NCBI GenBank assembly: GCA_051546255.1
Contig: CP128816.1
Location: forward strand, 682,001-746,000
From: Meyerozyma guilliermondii
Taxonomy: Eukaryota
Reading direction: 5' to 3'
DNA length: 64,000 nt
The notes beneath the pieces are model-generated. The model ran no database searches and was not told the DNA's origin. It worked only from the letters and a program-made list of their open reading frames with translations. Below are positions 21,866 through 31,500 of the stretch, one piece after another (positions within the stretch are counted from its first letter, which is position 1; each line of letters opens with the position of its first letter). The position numbers were made by a program, and so were the translations under genes.

Positions 21866-23905
21866 TCAGTCTTCCATATCTTCGTCACTTTTTGCCATAT
21901 TTTCATCTGCCTTGTTTTCTGGCTTGGTGACATCCTCAGAGATGTCGTCTATGTTTTCTTGGTTTTGGTTATCTTGGTTATGTTCTTCTCCTTCTTCTTC
22001 TTCTTGAATAGGTTCTTCACTTCGCAATCTTTTGGAAGATTCTTCCTCCTCTTCAGAATGTGAACGCTTATTATTCGTCTCCTCGTCTTTTGGTATGTCG
22101 TTCTCCTCATTTTCTGGCTCTTTTGGCTCATCGATCGGAAACATATCCTTTGTGAGCATGGTTCCGAAACTGAGCCATTTATCTCTTCTTGCTTCCTTGA
22201 GATGCTTCCAGAGAAGTATATCGCGCTCCTCCATAACACTTGTATCTCCATTTGCAATTTTTTCATTCATCTGTGAGATTTCGCTGTCATGGTCAATGGT
22301 AACCATTTCCGTTTTCAATTTCAGCATTCCCGTCTCCACCTTCATACGACGAGAAAGTTGTGGAGTTGCAAAGGCATTGAAGTAACGCTTGTCTCGAAAC
22401 AGTATTACATCGTTCAATTTTTCAGCGGTAGAAGTCAAGTCGTCTTGGCTCAAAATACGGTCAGCAAACAAGGGCTTTCCTGTGGTATCCTTGCCATAGA
22501 TTAACCATCCCCACCAGAAGCTCTCAGAATGTGAAATGGTCTGTACCAAGTATGAAAACTGGGTATCGATGTTGCGGTATACTCGTGTGAGATCTTTCTT
22601 GATCTTGTATAGAATGCTCAACAACCGTTCAGGAATAAAGTCGTCGCTTATATGCTTAACGTTTGCAGGAGCATTAATCTCCTTGAGAAACTCACGCTTG
22701 TTCTTAGGAATCAACTCGTAGAAGAACGAACAGATGATAAAAATTTGAAGTAACCACATCTGTCGTGTTTTAGTTGAGTCGAAGAGCTTATAGATGTAAT
22801 CTTGATCTTTCTTTTTCAGCTCTTCAAAGGAAGCCCCCTTCTTCAATTCTTCGAACGCCGATGCCCAATAGTGTTCAGGAAAGTACATTTTCTTGTTGTG
22901 TTTCTCAGTCAAAATCTGGCGTTCTGTCTCCGTGTGGGTTGTCGGTATCGCAAAGATATCGGGTTTTGAAGCAGTTCTATAATATTTCGTTTCTTCATCG
23001 ATGAGGTACTGGTACACTTTGTTCAAAATATCGATATTCTTGCTTAAGGCCAAGTGGTTGCTTGGACGCAAATAGTAATATGGGTCTCTGAACATCTTGT
23101 TAATTTGGATGATGTCCTTCACGAAATTACCTTCCCTTGTCTTCTGGGTCACCATATCTGGTGCCATTCTATTGCCAGCAGTGAAATATTTGTTTAAACC
23201 TGTGTTATCCTCCAACTTTAACAAATTTGCAATAAACGATCTAACTCGGTATTTGAAATGATCATTGAAAGTATCTTCTTTGTATGAGTCAAACATTCCC
23301 TTGCCAGTCTTGTCATAGAACCTGTCTGAAAGCGAGTTACAAAGCTCTAAAAGAGCTATTCTATCACCTGTTCTATCATTGTCAAACACAACATCTTCAA
23401 TTAATGCTCGACGAGACTCCACGTAGTCCCACATTGTCTCGGCACTTTTTGTCGACATACTCATTAAGGTATCCATAACAGTAGATGTGATTCTAAAGAA
23501 CACTGAATTCGTCGCTATGGGCGTGAGATGGATCAGAAGATCCAATAATTTGCACAATTTGGTAAAGAGTTGTGGTTCAGGTTCTGGGTTCTGTGAGACG
23601 ATTTCTAGCAAAGAACTTGCAACATTATCCATAGCAGTCTGATATGTAAAGTTCTTTGTCTGCAGCTCAATCGTAGCATTTAACTTTTCTGCTTCTGCTT
23701 TTGCTTCATCATCTTTCAAATCTTCTTGATCGGGAAGCTTCATATCAATATTGGTGGAGGCTATAGTCAGGAAAAGAGTATCCATTATCTCCTGAAAATC
23801 ATACTCCGGGATATTCTGTAGATGGTCTTCATCCTTGATATCTTCCACGAAATTCAGTATGACGGTGGTGGCGCTGTCAATGGACGCCGATATCCTAGTA
23901 TGCAT
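21866..23905 (-). CDS. HPR1: THO complex subunit Hpr1 (THOC1)
   Basis: WDYVESR, ALLELCN, DTFND...RVRSFIANL...TGLN and ESFWWGW correspond to THOC1 motifs; first ATG 23905 (true start uncertain). Confidence 0.72.
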   Translation of the reverse strand: MHTRISASIDSATTVILNFVEDIKDEDHLQNIPEYDFQEIMDTLFLTIASTNIDMKLPDQEDLKDDEAKAEAEKLNATIELQTKNFTYQTAMDNVASSLLEIVSQNPEPEPQLFTKLCKLLDLLIHLTPIATNSVFFRITSTVMDTLMSMSTKSAETMWDYVESRRALIEDVVFDNDRTGDRIALLELCNSLSDRFYDKTGKGMFDSYKEDTFNDHFKYRVRSFIANLLKLEDNTGLNKYFTAGNRMAPDMVTQKTREGNFVKDIIQINKMFRDPYYYLRPSNHLALSKNIDILNKVYQYLIDEETKYYRTASKPDIFAIPTTHTETERQILTEKHNKKMYFPEHYWASAFEELKKGASFEELKKKDQDYIYKLFDSTKTRQMWLLQIFIICSFFYELIPKNKREFLKEINAPANVKHISDDFIPERLLSILYKIKKDLTRVYRNIDTQFSYLVQTISHSESFWWGWLIYGKDTTGKPLFADRILSQDDLTSTAEKLNDVILFRDKRYFNAFATPQLSRRMKVETGMLKLKTEMVTIDHDSEISQMNEKIANGDTSVMEERDILLWKHLKEARRDKWLSFGTMLTKDMFPIDEPKEPENEENDIPKDEETNNKRSHSEEEEESSKRLRSEEPIQEEEEGEEHNQDNQNQENIDDISEDVTKPENKADENMAKSDEDMED

Positions 23906-24288
23906 TAATGAGAATGCAGATGTAGGAAAAGATACAGGCTCAACCGCGATATGCAGGCCCTGGCCGATGCGTATATGCAGGATTTTAACCGCAACTAATC
24001 GCAAGGTTCAGCGGCTAACAATGACTGCGAAAAGGTACAACAAGATTTTGCTGCAACTAAGCGCAAACTTTGGCGGTGACGATGACTGTTAAGAGCTCTT
24101 GGCACTCCGAAGGCTTTAAAAGGAGGCGTAGTGACATAAAGTAAGACTTTTGGATACATAGCCATATAGCCCACCCCAAACACCTAACTATAATACAGTA
24201 GCACCTGCATCTCTATAGACTGACGAAGGATACTCAATTAAGGTTTAGTTGCTATAAAAGACAAACCAAGAACGTTACCAAAAGAAAC

Positions 24289-24711
24289 ATGACATACAAT
24301 TTCATTGGAGGAGCTATACTCGCTGGTCAAGAAAAGGGAAGAGATTCAGTAGTTGTTGCTGCAAGCACAGCTCACGATGTCAATGATCCAAAATATCTCA
24401 CTAATATAAGAAATTTTGAAGAAGGAGAAGCTCCAGAATTTGATACAATGACGAGAACGGTACGTCCCACAGCTATAGGAAATTGGGAATTAATTCTTGT
24501 ATACAAGCCTTACACTTTAACCGACACATTGTTGATGCCAAATTGCCTGTGGAATACGATCAGTATGGGCTTGCTAGGCGATCATTTTCCGTTTATAGCG
24601 CGGAAGGAAGGGATGGTAGACATTTCAGACCCAGAAAATTGGAACGTGGTTGCAAAACCTGATCCTAGCGGTGCTTACTATGCGATTATAAACGGAAAGC
24701 ATAGGAATTGA
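24289..24711 (+). CDS. Orphan 140-aa protein
   Basis: Fills the gap between HPR1 and PTH4; TATAAAA at ~24253 and A-rich start context AAAGAAAC-ATG. Confidence 0.6.
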   Translation: MTYNFIGGAILAGQEKGRDSVVVAASTAHDVNDPKYLTNIRNFEEGEAPEFDTMTRTVRPTAIGNWELILVYKPYTLTDTLLMPNCLWNTISMGLLGDHFPFIARKEGMVDISDPENWNVVAKPDPSGAYYAIINGKHRN

Positions 24712-24834
24712 GGCATCAATAAAGATTGTGACGATGTACACCAAGTATGATTATGATTTACCGAAGGATATCTAGTCGATAAGTTTGTTTAGGTTTGGCG
24801 TTTGAGTCTTGTAGTTTCGCTGCTCTTTTGGTCA

Positions 24835-25437
24835 TCATATATCAAATTTCTTGGACCTGCTCTTCTTTTTATCGCTTTGACGTTTTTTGTGAAAAAGTCG
24901 TTTTTCCTTCTTGTCTTCCTTGATTTCCTCCCACTTTTTCTTATCCTCTTCACTCACTTCTCCAGGAAAGAATGTCCGCTGTTTGATTTCCTCGAGTAGT
25001 TTTCTAAAGCATTCGGCGGTATTTGTATCTCTGTTTCTAGTAGCATCGCTTTGGATCAAAAGTCCACCAGATTTGGTTTCGTAGCGTAATTTGTTATCCA
25101 CCAATTGTGACCTTATTGCACTTGGAATCCAGTAACAGAATTGAGGATTGAGCCATCTGTCGGGAGAGAGCGAAACAGTAGCCTTTGAAGAAGTCTTGTT
25201 GACTTTTTGGCCACCAGCACCTGATGCCCTACTGTAGGATATCTCGAAGAGAGTCGCTGGAATATCTGATGGTTGGTAAGATTCTAGCCATTTTTTGGCT
25301 TCAGAGATATCTTTTTCTGTGTGTAGTGGTCTATACTGTGATCTCCAAAAGGTTGAAGGGTTTTTTAGTAGTGGAAGTATAAATGGACGGTGCAAGCTTC
25401 CGAGTGAAAAATTGTGAAACCGAGGAGCCTTGAGCAT
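24835..25437 (-). CDS. PTH4: Mitochondrial peptidyl-tRNA hydrolase Pth4 (ICT1 family)
   Basis: YSRASGAGGQKVNKTSSKA (GGQ motif), basic C-terminal tail, presequence. Confidence 0.9.
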   Translation of the reverse strand: MLKAPRFHNFSLGSLHRPFILPLLKNPSTFWRSQYRPLHTEKDISEAKKWLESYQPSDIPATLFEISYSRASGAGGQKVNKTSSKATVSLSPDRWLNPQFCYWIPSAIRSQLVDNKLRYETKSGGLLIQSDATRNRDTNTAECFRKLLEEIKQRTFFPGEVSEEDKKKWEEIKEDKKEKRLFHKKRQSDKKKSRSKKFDI

Positions 25438-25629
25438 GGAGGTTACTTGGTGAAATGCTGAAGATGCTGTGACGTGGTACGGTAGAAAACGACCTCTATG
25501 GATTTAGTTTTTATGTTTTTCGAAATCGAGATCAATAGCCAAAAAGTATTTTGCAATTTCGTGAGAATTGGCTGCGACTAGAAATAAGAACGTCAATTGC
25601 ATACATAACTAAATTTAGAAAGCACCTTT

Positions 25630-26175
25630 TTATACTTGAGAAAGGACCTTTTCGGCAGCAGAAACGTCCACGCTAACATTGTCAGGCTCAACAAAAGTCT
25701 TCACAACTTTTCCATCATCCACCAATAAGGCAAACCGCTTCGAACGGTGGTTTCCAAATGCCTTTGTGGCATCAAAAGTCAAGTCTAAGGCTCCTGTGAA
25801 CTCCCCCGTGGAGTCTGCCAAGTATCTAAGCGACCCAGACCCGTCGAGCTGTTCGCCCCATGCTTTGAAGACAAAAGGGTCGTTAACACCGACAACAAAA
25901 ATCTTGTCATAACCCTTGTTTTTGAACTCTTTCAAGTTCTTCAAGTATCCAGGAACATGAGAAGCAGAACAAGCAGGCGAAAAAGCACCGGGAACTCCAA
26001 CAATTACAGCTTTTCCTGACCCAATTTCTTCGGTAAGGCTCACCAAGTTTCCAGGAGAGCCCTCAAAAAGATTTGCTTTTGGCAACTTGTCGCCAACGGA
26101 AACGCTACGTATAGCCGAGGCGGTGAAACTGCGGGTCAATTGAGGTCTGAAACCTAATACTGCACTTCTGAACAT
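25630..26175 (-). CDS. Prx5/Ahp1-family peroxiredoxin with mitochondrial presequence
   Basis: VPGAFSPACSASHVPGY, VNDPFV, RSKRFALLVDDG. Confidence 0.9.
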   Translation of the reverse strand: MFRSAVLGFRPQLTRSFTASAIRSVSVGDKLPKANLFEGSPGNLVSLTEEIGSGKAVIVGVPGAFSPACSASHVPGYLKNLKEFKNKGYDKIFVVGVNDPFVFKAWGEQLDGSGSLRYLADSTGEFTGALDLTFDATKAFGNHRSKRFALLVDDGKVVKTFVEPDNVSVDVSAAEKVLSQV

Positions 26176-26270
26176 TGTCGATTGAGGATTAGATATTTCA
26201 AGAGTTGCTGCGATTCGCGAATCAAATTCGCACCAGTTTTAAATTCTCAAGTTCTCATTTCCTCAGTGCA

Positions 26271-26795
26271 ATGACTACGGTGTCCACCGACCAAAATGCC
26301 TTGGATCTTTACCGAAATGCTCTCAACTTCAACGTGATAAGCCGATACGATAATAAAATCAAGCAACTTCTATACCATACGTCACATTGTGTCATCTACA
26401 AGTACGATGCCACCACCGAAGAATGGGAAAAAACCGACTTTCTGGGCACTTTGGCACTCTATCTTCGAGATTTTGCTACTCCACAGAGAGGTGCCCCCCC
26501 TACAGTAGAAACTTTAAGGTCACTTTTCTGCTATGGACTCATCTTGATGAACAGAAATAACCCAGAATGCTTCTCCTTGGGACTCGTACCGAACAAAATC
26601 ACCCAGCACATCTTCCCGCAAGGAGTTAACAACATGGGAATCCTCAGCATGGACGTAGAACTCAACGGCAACCTTATAATTGTGAAAAATTTGTTAGGAG
26701 AAATCTATGGCCTTTGGGTGTTTAATGAGGCCGAACGAGAAAAATTGTACAGGCTCTTGGAGTTCTGCTTGACCAATGACAAAACTGTGTTTTAG
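26271..26795 (+). CDS. DCP1: mRNA decapping subunit Dcp1
   Basis: YRNALNFNVISRYD...IKQLLYHTSH...EWEK, GLILMNRNNPE, IYGLWV (EVH1 fold); ATG 26271. Confidence 0.92.
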   Translation: MTTVSTDQNALDLYRNALNFNVISRYDNKIKQLLYHTSHCVIYKYDATTEEWEKTDFLGTLALYLRDFATPQRGAPPTVETLRSLFCYGLILMNRNNPECFSLGLVPNKITQHIFPQGVNNMGILSMDVELNGNLIIVKNLLGEIYGLWVFNEAEREKLYRLLEFCLTNDKTVF

Positions 26796-27078
26796 TGTAT
26801 AATAGATCATGAGAATTTCAGTTGCAGCTGCTTTAGCTGCTTTCAGCTTCTTCTTAAACATTGTAGTGTCTCACGTGCGTATCCTGCATATTTTGCTCGT
26901 TATTCAGTTACAACTGTTGAAATATAGACCATCATTGGTAGAGTACCAAACAACAACATCGAGGTTTGTCGGTGATTTCTGTTTGCTTTCTCGTTGAATC
27001 ACCACTGGTGGTCAGATTGCGCCAATAGGTCCATACTTTTTAGTTGATTTTGACGCCTGACTCACCTTCACCAAAATC

Positions 27079-29205
27079 ATGAGCTCGTTACGAAGTCGAC
27101 CACAGGCAACAAGAAGTGCAAACCAACCCTCCCCGCTGGAGATGACCACTCGCAGTGATGCCCGCAATCTCCAAGCGGCAGCAAAGGCTGCTGCTAATGG
27201 TACTAGCACCAATACTGGTGCCAATGGCCAGAAACGAAACCCATTAACTTATCAATTTGCTACTTCCACCCAAGATATTCTTCGAAAATACGCCAAATAC
27301 CCTCCGTCGCTAACTTTCCACATCTACGAATCACATTACAAGTTCAACAACTCGCAAGACTCGCAAATTCTACCCAAAAATTCACCTATGGTCAAGAGCT
27401 TTCTCCAGCATATCGTTCGAGAACAAATACCAAGCGAAATGAGCGAGTTGATTAAAGACTTCTCTATCCGCTCGTACGACGGGTGCCTCATTCTCCAGGT
27501 CTACGACCATCGCAATATGATCTCTTCTGAGACCGGTAAACCAGTGGTTCCTACCAAAGAAGACCCCAGTGAAAAACGACTGTCTCCACTGCAGCAAAGT
27601 CCAACCACCGCTCCTGCTTCCAATGGCAGTTCTTCGACTCCAGCTCCTGCTTCCAAACCCAAAACTTATCGTGCCTTGTTGCGTCCCACGCCTCTTTCAT
27701 TGTACTATGATTTACTTTACCATACCGACTCGGCACTCACAAAGTTCTCTGATCCGTTGGCGCTTCAGATGGAATCAGAGATTCTCACTCTCACAAACCG
27801 CAAACTCGATTTGGCGGTGCCATTAAACCCATACAATTGTGGTCCATTACTCAAACCAGACGTCGACAGTCCAAAGGTAGAATGGGATGAAAAATTACAG
27901 GATTACAAGATGGTTCATAGCCACCGCAAAGAGGTTGCACGCCAACCACGTAAGCTCCATCAAGATGAACTTGTGCTCCACAAGTCGTCAGAATATGAGG
28001 AGATCATGTTTCTTCTTTCCAATAAGCATAAAAAGACCGACGAAACTCTGGAAAAACATCTTGTTGTGGTTGGTCCATCCGCCTTAACAGGAACAGTCGA
28101 CGGCCCCGACAAGTCCAAGAGCTCGAATGGTGGCTTGTCGTCAGGAACAGCGGCAGTTGTAGCCAGTGCCAATGCCAACACTTCTTCTACGGCCAACACC
28201 ACTGGTCAGTTCATGAGACTTCGTTTCATAGAAGAGATACGAAAACGGCGGGAAGCCCAAAAGGCCCAGCATGAGGCCAATGTAGCGGTTCAAGCCCAAA
28301 ATAATGTTATGAACGTTATTGGCCAGAATGCTCCCACCTCCGACCAGAAACCAAATGTTGCCAAACCACCAAGTATTCCTGGTTCTTCTCAGCAGCAAAT
28401 CTTGGCTGATAAGGCACAAGCTTTGCGGGCACAACAGCTTCATGCTCAGCAACAGCAGCAACAGCAACAGCAACAACAACAGCAACAGCAGCGGCAGAGA
28501 CAACAACAGCTTCAACAGCAAATGCAAACCAGAGGCCAAATCCCAAATAAAAGACAACGGGTTGATGTTCCTATGAGTCAGCAAGCCCAACAGATGCCAC
28601 AAATGAACTCTCAAATGGCATCGCAGATGAACTCACAATCACCCTCGAATATGGGAACTCCAGTTATGAATGGTAACATGTACATGCAACAACAACAGCA
28701 ACAACAACAGCAGCAAGCCGTTCCACGGAGAGTTCCTCAGCAAGCTAATATGCCACAGCTGCAACAACCACCACAACAGACACAACAACGACCTTTGAGT
28801 GGAATGCAACAACAGCAGCAACAGCTTTTCCAGAGCCTTTTATCTCCACAGGAACAACAGACATTCCGTCAACTTCAATCCAGAATGAACGCTTTGGCTA
28901 TGATGGGCAACACTGGAATGGCTGCAAACCGAACTCCTCTCAATCCACAACAGCAGCAGCAAGCACTTCAACAAGCCAAGTTGATCCAGCAGCAATTGCT
29001 ACAAACATTTCCGGCTTATTTCCAGCGTTTGAGGCAATTGCAAATTATCCAACAAAGGCAAAAGCAGCAGCAACAACAACAACAACAGCAGCAACAGAGA
29101 CCAAACGGACCGATGGGATTGTCACCTCCACAGCAGATGGCTCAGCAGTCCAATATGGGTGGTATGCAGCAGCAACAGTACCTCAATCAGAGAAAAAACG
29201 GCTAA
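27079..29205 (+). CDS. SPT20: SAGA subunit Spt20 with polyQ C-terminus
   Basis: YPPSLTFHIY, YDGCLILQVYDHR, LLRPTPLSLYYDL, ESEILTLT (SEP domain); neighbour of DCP1. Confidence 0.88.
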   Translation: MSSLRSRPQATRSANQPSPLEMTTRSDARNLQAAAKAAANGTSTNTGANGQKRNPLTYQFATSTQDILRKYAKYPPSLTFHIYESHYKFNNSQDSQILPKNSPMVKSFLQHIVREQIPSEMSELIKDFSIRSYDGCLILQVYDHRNMISSETGKPVVPTKEDPSEKRLSPLQQSPTTAPASNGSSSTPAPASKPKTYRALLRPTPLSLYYDLLYHTDSALTKFSDPLALQMESEILTLTNRKLDLAVPLNPYNCGPLLKPDVDSPKVEWDEKLQDYKMVHSHRKEVARQPRKLHQDELVLHKSSEYEEIMFLLSNKHKKTDETLEKHLVVVGPSALTGTVDGPDKSKSSNGGLSSGTAAVVASANANTSSTANTTGQFMRLRFIEEIRKRREAQKAQHEANVAVQAQNNVMNVIGQNAPTSDQKPNVAKPPSIPGSSQQQILADKAQALRAQQLHAQQQQQQQQQQQQQQQRQRQQQLQQQMQTRGQIPNKRQRVDVPMSQQAQQMPQMNSQMASQMNSQSPSNMGTPVMNGNMYMQQQQQQQQQQAVPRRVPQQANMPQLQQPPQQTQQRPLSGMQQQQQQLFQSLLSPQEQQTFRQLQSRMNALAMMGNTGMAANRTPLNPQQQQQALQQAKLIQQQLLQTFPAYFQRLRQLQIIQQRQKQQQQQQQQQQQRPNGPMGLSPPQQMAQQSNMGGMQQQQYLNQRKNG
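28446..29097 (+). repeat. CAA/CAG polyglutamine tracts within SPT20
   Basis: Mixed CAA/CAG runs at ~28446-28520, 28687-28716, 28807-28824 and 29064-29097. Confidence 0.9.
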
Positions 29206-29307
29206 TTAATGATATAGACCTTGATTTCATACCATATATACTCCTAGTGATTAAAACGACAACACAGAAAACAAAACGCAAACAAAAGACTCATTAACGA
29301 CATTACA

Positions 29308-30411
29308 TTACTTCTCAGGATCAATGGTGCTGCCATACAATCCCAATGCTGCCACTGTGGCAGCAGTATAGAAAAATGCTTTACCAACTTCCTTAAGAAC
29401 TGTCTTGACAGACCATGAGTTCGTCTTTTGACGCTTCACCTGTTGGGGTTCTGCAGGAGGAGGAGGAGGAGGTGCGAGTAATTGTTGAAGATCCTCATCG
29501 TTCTCAGACACAAGCATGATGAATGAGTCTTGGTTTTCCATATCCGAACGGCTTCTCTTGCGAGACTCGGGTTCCGTTTCTTCTTCGGAAGGAGTGCTGG
29601 CGTCGTCATCGCTGAACGAGTCAAAGATAATCTGAGTGTGAGAGATTTCATCACCAGATGAAAAGTCAGATTCGGACACCTCGGACTCCGAAACCTCAGA
29701 TTCCGAGAGCTGAATCAACTCCTGGACTTGCTCGACCAGTTCCAGAGCGGAGTCGGTCTCGTCAACGGATACTTTGTCAATTGAGCCCTCCACATCGTAG
29801 AATTCAATGGTGTTGCCCTTGATAAACACACGCTTCTTGATGTCTAATTGAGGACTTCCGAATTCATTCAACGGAATAAGCTTTTCGCTGGTGAACTTGT
29901 CAAACACCTTTGCAATCTTCTTCGAAGGTTTCAACATAATTAATCCGATAACATCACCGTCCTTCAACTTTAAAGGTTCTTCCGGTGCCAAAACGAGACC
30001 ATTGACAACCGTTCCAAACGACGAGCCAAGATCCTTGATATAGAATCCGGGTTTGTACTCGATTTCAGCATGAACCTTAGAAAGGTGGGCATTATGGAAC
30101 AAAAGGTTGTCGAACTCGGGATGTCTTTCCGCATTGGTTTTTGACGCTCTTCCCACAACTACACGCTCTCCAACACAGAGAGATACCTTACGACAAGGAT
30201 TCTGAGTCTCCTGGTCGCCTTGACTCTCCTGGTCACTGTTCAAGGATTCCAAATCGCTGTCCTGCTCGTCCTCAATAGGCTCCACGGAGGATACCATTTC
30301 TTGTTTTTGCAAGGATCCGAGTCCATTAGTAGTTGATACTGTTTCTGTGTCCACGATAATCACTTGATCGGAATCGCCGCTTTCGGGAATGACATTTGAA
30401 AGTTCTTCCAT
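29308..30411 (-). CDS. FHA-domain protein with acidic linker and C-terminal hydrophobic anchor
   Basis: FHA motifs VVVGRAS, LSKVHA, DLGSSFGTVVNG; C-terminal AFFYTAATVAALGLYG; likely ATG 30411. Confidence 0.8.
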   Translation of the reverse strand: MEELSNVIPESGDSDQVIIVDTETVSTTNGLGSLQKQEMVSSVEPIEDEQDSDLESLNSDQESQGDQETQNPCRKVSLCVGERVVVGRASKTNAERHPEFDNLLFHNAHLSKVHAEIEYKPGFYIKDLGSSFGTVVNGLVLAPEEPLKLKDGDVIGLIMLKPSKKIAKVFDKFTSEKLIPLNEFGSPQLDIKKRVFIKGNTIEFYDVEGSIDKVSVDETDSALELVEQVQELIQLSESEVSESEVSESDFSSGDEISHTQIIFDSFSDDDASTPSEEETEPESRKRSRSDMENQDSFIMLVSENDEDLQQLLAPPPPPPAEPQQVKRQKTNSWSVKTVLKEVGKAFFYTAATVAALGLYGSTIDPEK

Positions 30412-30533
30412 TGTGGTTTGTTGTGGCGATGAGGATTCAATCCCGCATTTTTTGGGTCTTATCGCGATCGTGCCTGGTGTTGGGATGGGCAGTACAGAGA
30501 CGATAGCTACGAGAGTCATTGAATTGTTCGAGT

Positions 30534-31439
30534 CTATTCGTACAATTTGGTAAAATTACACCCGCCGCTAACGGGGACCTGAAGCCAATTGAGCTCGTCA
30601 AACTTGGAAGTTCCATCTATAACATGGAATGCATAAGCGAATCGTGATTTGTGGCTGCGATTCTTGTCGGATTTGTGCAACACAGAATTGTGAATAAGTA
30701 TCAAGGAACCTGCCTTGCACTCCACGGGAACGTAGTCCTCGGGTTTATCCTCTGGAACATTCTGAGTATCATACTCCAATGGGATCATTGTACATCCATC
30801 CTTTCCTCCATTAACCTTCACAAACCTTTTGGTCAACGGAAACACGTTTTGTGAACCAGGATTGTACCAAAGACACCCATTTTCAAGGGTACAATCTTCT
30901 AATGCGTACCAGAATCCTACCGCAGTTTGAGGTTGTGTGAACAAAAACGTTGCATCCGTATGTGGTGGGACAGCGTTTTCCCTTTCATCATTGGTGCTTC
31001 CTACGGGATGCTTAAAGATACACATACTCTGAAGAACTCGGGCATCTTTGTACCCCAAACTCTTGGCCACATTCACCACCTTATCGTCCATAGTGATCTT
31101 ACGAAATACTTGATTTCTCATGTGCAATCCATGGCCTATTTTGTTGATTGATTGCTCTTTGGAATACTTGAGTGCCCCAGATTCGTCAAAAGCATCCGTA
31201 TCGAAGAAAAACAGAATCTTATCCGAAGAATTGAAGAAATACTCATCGCCTATATGGTCGTTTTCACCCACTTTGAATTGGGTCATAGGGTGGGAACTCA
31301 CATCAAAATCTGAAAGTAATCCTTTAGACTCATTTAAAAGCGCCAGAACTTCCTCGGGAGCTAAGAAATCAGGAAGACATATTATCCCCTCGCGGCGAAA
31401 CAACGCTACCTCGTCAGAACTAAGTCCTGCTTCATACAT
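30534..31439 (-). CDS. PhyH-family Fe(II)/2-oxoglutarate dioxygenase (PHYHD1-like)
   Basis: INKIGHGLH, QSMCIFK, PPHTD (HxD), WYALED...NGCL, HNSVLHKS, SRFAY. Confidence 0.9.
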   Translation of the reverse strand: MYEAGLSSDEVALFRREGIICLPDFLAPEEVLALLNESKGLLSDFDVSSHPMTQFKVGENDHIGDEYFFNSSDKILFFFDTDAFDESGALKYSKEQSINKIGHGLHMRNQVFRKITMDDKVVNVAKSLGYKDARVLQSMCIFKHPVGSTNDERENAVPPHTDATFLFTQPQTAVGFWYALEDCTLENGCLWYNPGSQNVFPLTKRFVKVNGGKDGCTMIPLEYDTQNVPEDKPEDYVPVECKAGSLILIHNSVLHKSDKNRSHKSRFAYAFHVIDGTSKFDELNWLQVPVSGGCNFTKLYE

Positions 31440-31500
31440 TAGGAACTGATCGTTATCAGTAATTTCGATGCGAGATAAAGTCTGCTTATATAACCATTAT

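Noticed and set aside
23895..24165. Possible first intron in HPR1 (ATGGCTAT|GTATCC...TAG)
   Set aside because: Donor and branch point are non-consensus, and an in-frame ATG at 23905 suffices.
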